In this document: piece by piece, positions 56,884 through 58,731 of the stretch
How positions within the stretch are numbered: position 1 is the first letter of the stretch
How the letters are laid out: each line of letters begins with the position of its first letter
Assembly (NCBI GenBank): GCA_023247915.1
Contig: JAHFFN010000005.1
Coordinates: 1 to 58,731 of the forward strand
DNA length: 58,731 bases
DNA from: Candidatus Omnitrophota bacterium
Lineage (GTDB): Bacteria; Omnitrophota; Gorgyraeia; 2-02-FULL-51-18
Direction of reading: 5' to 3'
Made by a program: the position numbers and the translations under genes
The notes under the pieces: generated by a model
Database searches by the model: none
What the model saw: the letters and a program-made list of their open reading frames with translations, nothing else
What the model was told of the DNA's origin: nothing

Positions 56884-57549
56884 ATGGAAATTCATTTTGA
56901 TGAAGAGCTGAAAGTTTTAAAAGAGAAGTTGCTGAGAATGGCCGATGGCGTTCAAGAGATGATCGGTTTGGCAGTCCAGTCTCTGGTAAAACGGGAAAAA
57001 GCGTTGGCTGAGAAAGTCTTGGAATTGGAGCGGGGCATTAATTTATCCGAAGTGGAAATTGAGGACGAGATTTTAAGGCTTCTGGCTCGCCGCCAACCGG
57101 CGGCGCGGGATTTGAGACTTTTAACCGCGATTCTTAAAATCAATAATGATCTTGAGCGTGTCGCCGACCAGGCCTGCAATATCGCCGAGACGGCATTTTA
57201 TCTTCTCAAAGAACCGCCGCTCAAACCGCTGATCGACATTCCCAACATGGCGCATTTGGCGCAAAAAATGATCAGTGATAGCATTGTCGCGTTTGTGAAT
57301 CATGACGCGGCACTCGCCAAGAATGTGTGTGAACGTGACGATGCGGTGGATCAGCTCAACGCGCAGATTTTCCGTGAGCTTTTGACATATATGATGGAAA
57401 ATCCTTCCAGCATTACACGGGCTGTGGATTTAATTTTGGTCAGCCGCAATCTCGAGCGCATCGCGGATCATGCCACCAATATTGCCGAAGAGGTGATTTT
57501 TATCGAGGAAGGGAAGAATATTAAACATCACTTGCTGGATGAGGGGTGA
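56884..57549 (+). CDS. phoU: phosphate signalling protein PhoU
   Basis: QPAARDLR, DLERVAD, NLERIADHATNIAE. Confidence 0.96.
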   Translation: MEIHFDEELKVLKEKLLRMADGVQEMIGLAVQSLVKREKALAEKVLELERGINLSEVEIEDEILRLLARRQPAARDLRLLTAILKINNDLERVADQACNIAETAFYLLKEPPLKPLIDIPNMAHLAQKMISDSIVAFVNHDAALAKNVCERDDAVDQLNAQIFRELLTYMMENPSSITRAVDLILVSRNLERIADHATNIAEEVIFIEEGKNIKHHLLDEG

Positions 57550-57552
57550 GGG

Positions 57553-57626
57553 TGGAGCGGGTGGCGGGAATCGAACCCGCGTAGCAAGTTTGGAAAACTT
57601 GAATTCTACCATTGAACTACACCCGC
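57553..57626 (-). tRNA. tRNA-Gly(TCC)
   Basis: Reverse complement GCGGGTGTAGTTCAATGGTAGAAT-CAAGT-TTTCCAA-ACTTG...GGTTCGATTCC...CACCCGCTCCA. Confidence 0.95.
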
Positions 57627-57736
57627 TTGAAACCCCTTCAAAATCTTTTATATAGTATCAAACCTCCGAATTTCTTCAAAACCTTTCTTTTTTTAAAGTC
57701 GACAAATTTAACGAGGCAGTGCTACTCTAAGTTTGT

Positions 57737-58366
57737 ATGACGATAAACACTCTCGCAAAAATTTTAATTAAGTTTGGAATTAGCGCTAACTTCCTCACCG
57801 CCGCCGGCTTAGTTGCGGCTGGACTCTCCGGCATCTTCGCCTATCAAGGACATTTTTTTCTCGCGGGCGCGGTTTTGCTTTTTTCCGGAGCGCTGGACAT
57901 GCTGGATGGCGCGGTCGCTCGGGAGGCGGGCACCGCAAAAGCGTTCGGCGGGATTTTAGATTCGACGCTGGATCGTTACGGCGACGGATTTGTGTTGGGC
58001 GGGATTTTGTTTTATTGTTTGGGACACTTAAGAATTTTATACGCTATTCTCTCCTTCAGCGCTCTCTTAGGGTCTTTTGCGATTAGTTATATTCGAGCCA
58101 GAGCGGAGTGTGAGATAGAGACTTGCCGCGTTGGATTTTGGGAGAGAGGGGAGCGCCTTGTTTTGATAGCGCTAGCGCTTCTCCTTCACAATCTCGCACC
58201 CGCGCTTTGGATTTTAGGAGTGGGGGCACATTGGACGGCTTTCCAGAGGCTTTATTTTGCGCATTCGCCAAAAAAGGATATTCCGGTCGCGCGCGCTTAT
58301 CCTTTTTATCATATCAAGATCGGAATATTGATCGGCATTCTTTTGTTTCTAAAAATACCGCTGTAA
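57737..58366 (+). CDS. CDP-alcohol phosphatidyltransferase, PIP-synthase-like
   Basis: DMLDGAVAR...GGILDSTLDRYGD family motif; SYIRARAE and G..ER.ER as in inositol-phosphate-using members. Confidence 0.85.
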   Translation: MTINTLAKILIKFGISANFLTAAGLVAAGLSGIFAYQGHFFLAGAVLLFSGALDMLDGAVAREAGTAKAFGGILDSTLDRYGDGFVLGGILFYCLGHLRILYAILSFSALLGSFAISYIRARAECEIETCRVGFWERGERLVLIALALLLHNLAPALWILGVGAHWTAFQRLYFAHSPKKDIPVARAYPFYHIKIGILIGILLFLKIPL

Positions 58367-58392
58367 CTGCAAGCGCCAGCGAATATTAACTC

Positions 58393-58420
58393 TTGACAGG
58401 TTTTTTAAAAATATTATAAT
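58393..58420 (+). promoter_or_regulatory. consensus sigma70 promoter of tRNA-Thr-tuf
   Basis: TTGACA (58393-58398), 16 nt, TATAAT (58415-58420). Confidence 0.8.
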
Positions 58421-58469
58421 CGGGTCTTCGCTGTGGATGAAAGAACGAACCTGTTGTTCTGTGCTTTCT

Positions 58470-58545
58470 GCTGGAGTAGCTCAGCTGGTAGAGCATCTGC
58501 ATGGTAAGCAGAAGGTCACCGGTTCAATCCCGGTCTCCAGCTCCA
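58470..58545 (+). tRNA. tRNA-Thr(GGT)
   Basis: GCTGGAGTAGCTCAGCTGGTAGAGC-TCTGC-ATGGTAA-GCAGA...GGTTCAATCC...CTCCAGCTCCA. Confidence 0.95.
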
Positions 58546-58587
58546 TTTTTGTTTTTTCGGTTGTCGCTTTCATTCATCGGTTCATAA

Positions 58588-58731
<144 letters not shown>

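Overview
This is a bacterial chromosome segment of mostly housekeeping genes, tentatively Candidatus Omnitrophota-like (an inference from the giant gene and gene content). The left part runs dnaE (1-nt frameshift), HU, hisS, aspS, ybeY, dgkA-PAP2, recO, glyQS, ppdK, a sigma70 factor and tRNA-Arg. The right part runs an OM beta-barrel, ino1, ftsH-folP-cdaA-cdaR-pdxJ-acpS-nnrD, tRNAs, a toxin-first RelE/HTH TA pair, uup, cyclophilin, csp, EamA, a Pho-box-controlled phoB-porin-pstSCAB-phoU cluster, a PIP-synthase-like gene and tRNA-Thr-tuf. The stand-out is a 20.7 kb single ORF (14663-35362, 6899 aa) built like a polyprotein. It has a signal peptide and a 575-aa N-terminal region with an H/E/RD/GxxH pattern resembling the TIKI/TraB/ChaN/EreA metallo-hydrolase fold. 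This is followed by 29 mostly unrelated modules of 35-704 aa separated by 30 copies of a short [G/A]ARL[A/S] motif, then a 305-aa tail. Cargo includes HEAT repeats, a clan-A glycoside hydrolase with its own signal-like peptide, an acyl-carrier-protein domain and a phosphoglucose-isomerase-like domain. Two modules are duplicated and end exactly at the motif, and the motif's codon usage switches along the gene. My hypothesis is a cassette-accreting, proteolytically processed secreted effector array. All functional calls come from motif recognition by eye; no database search was run.
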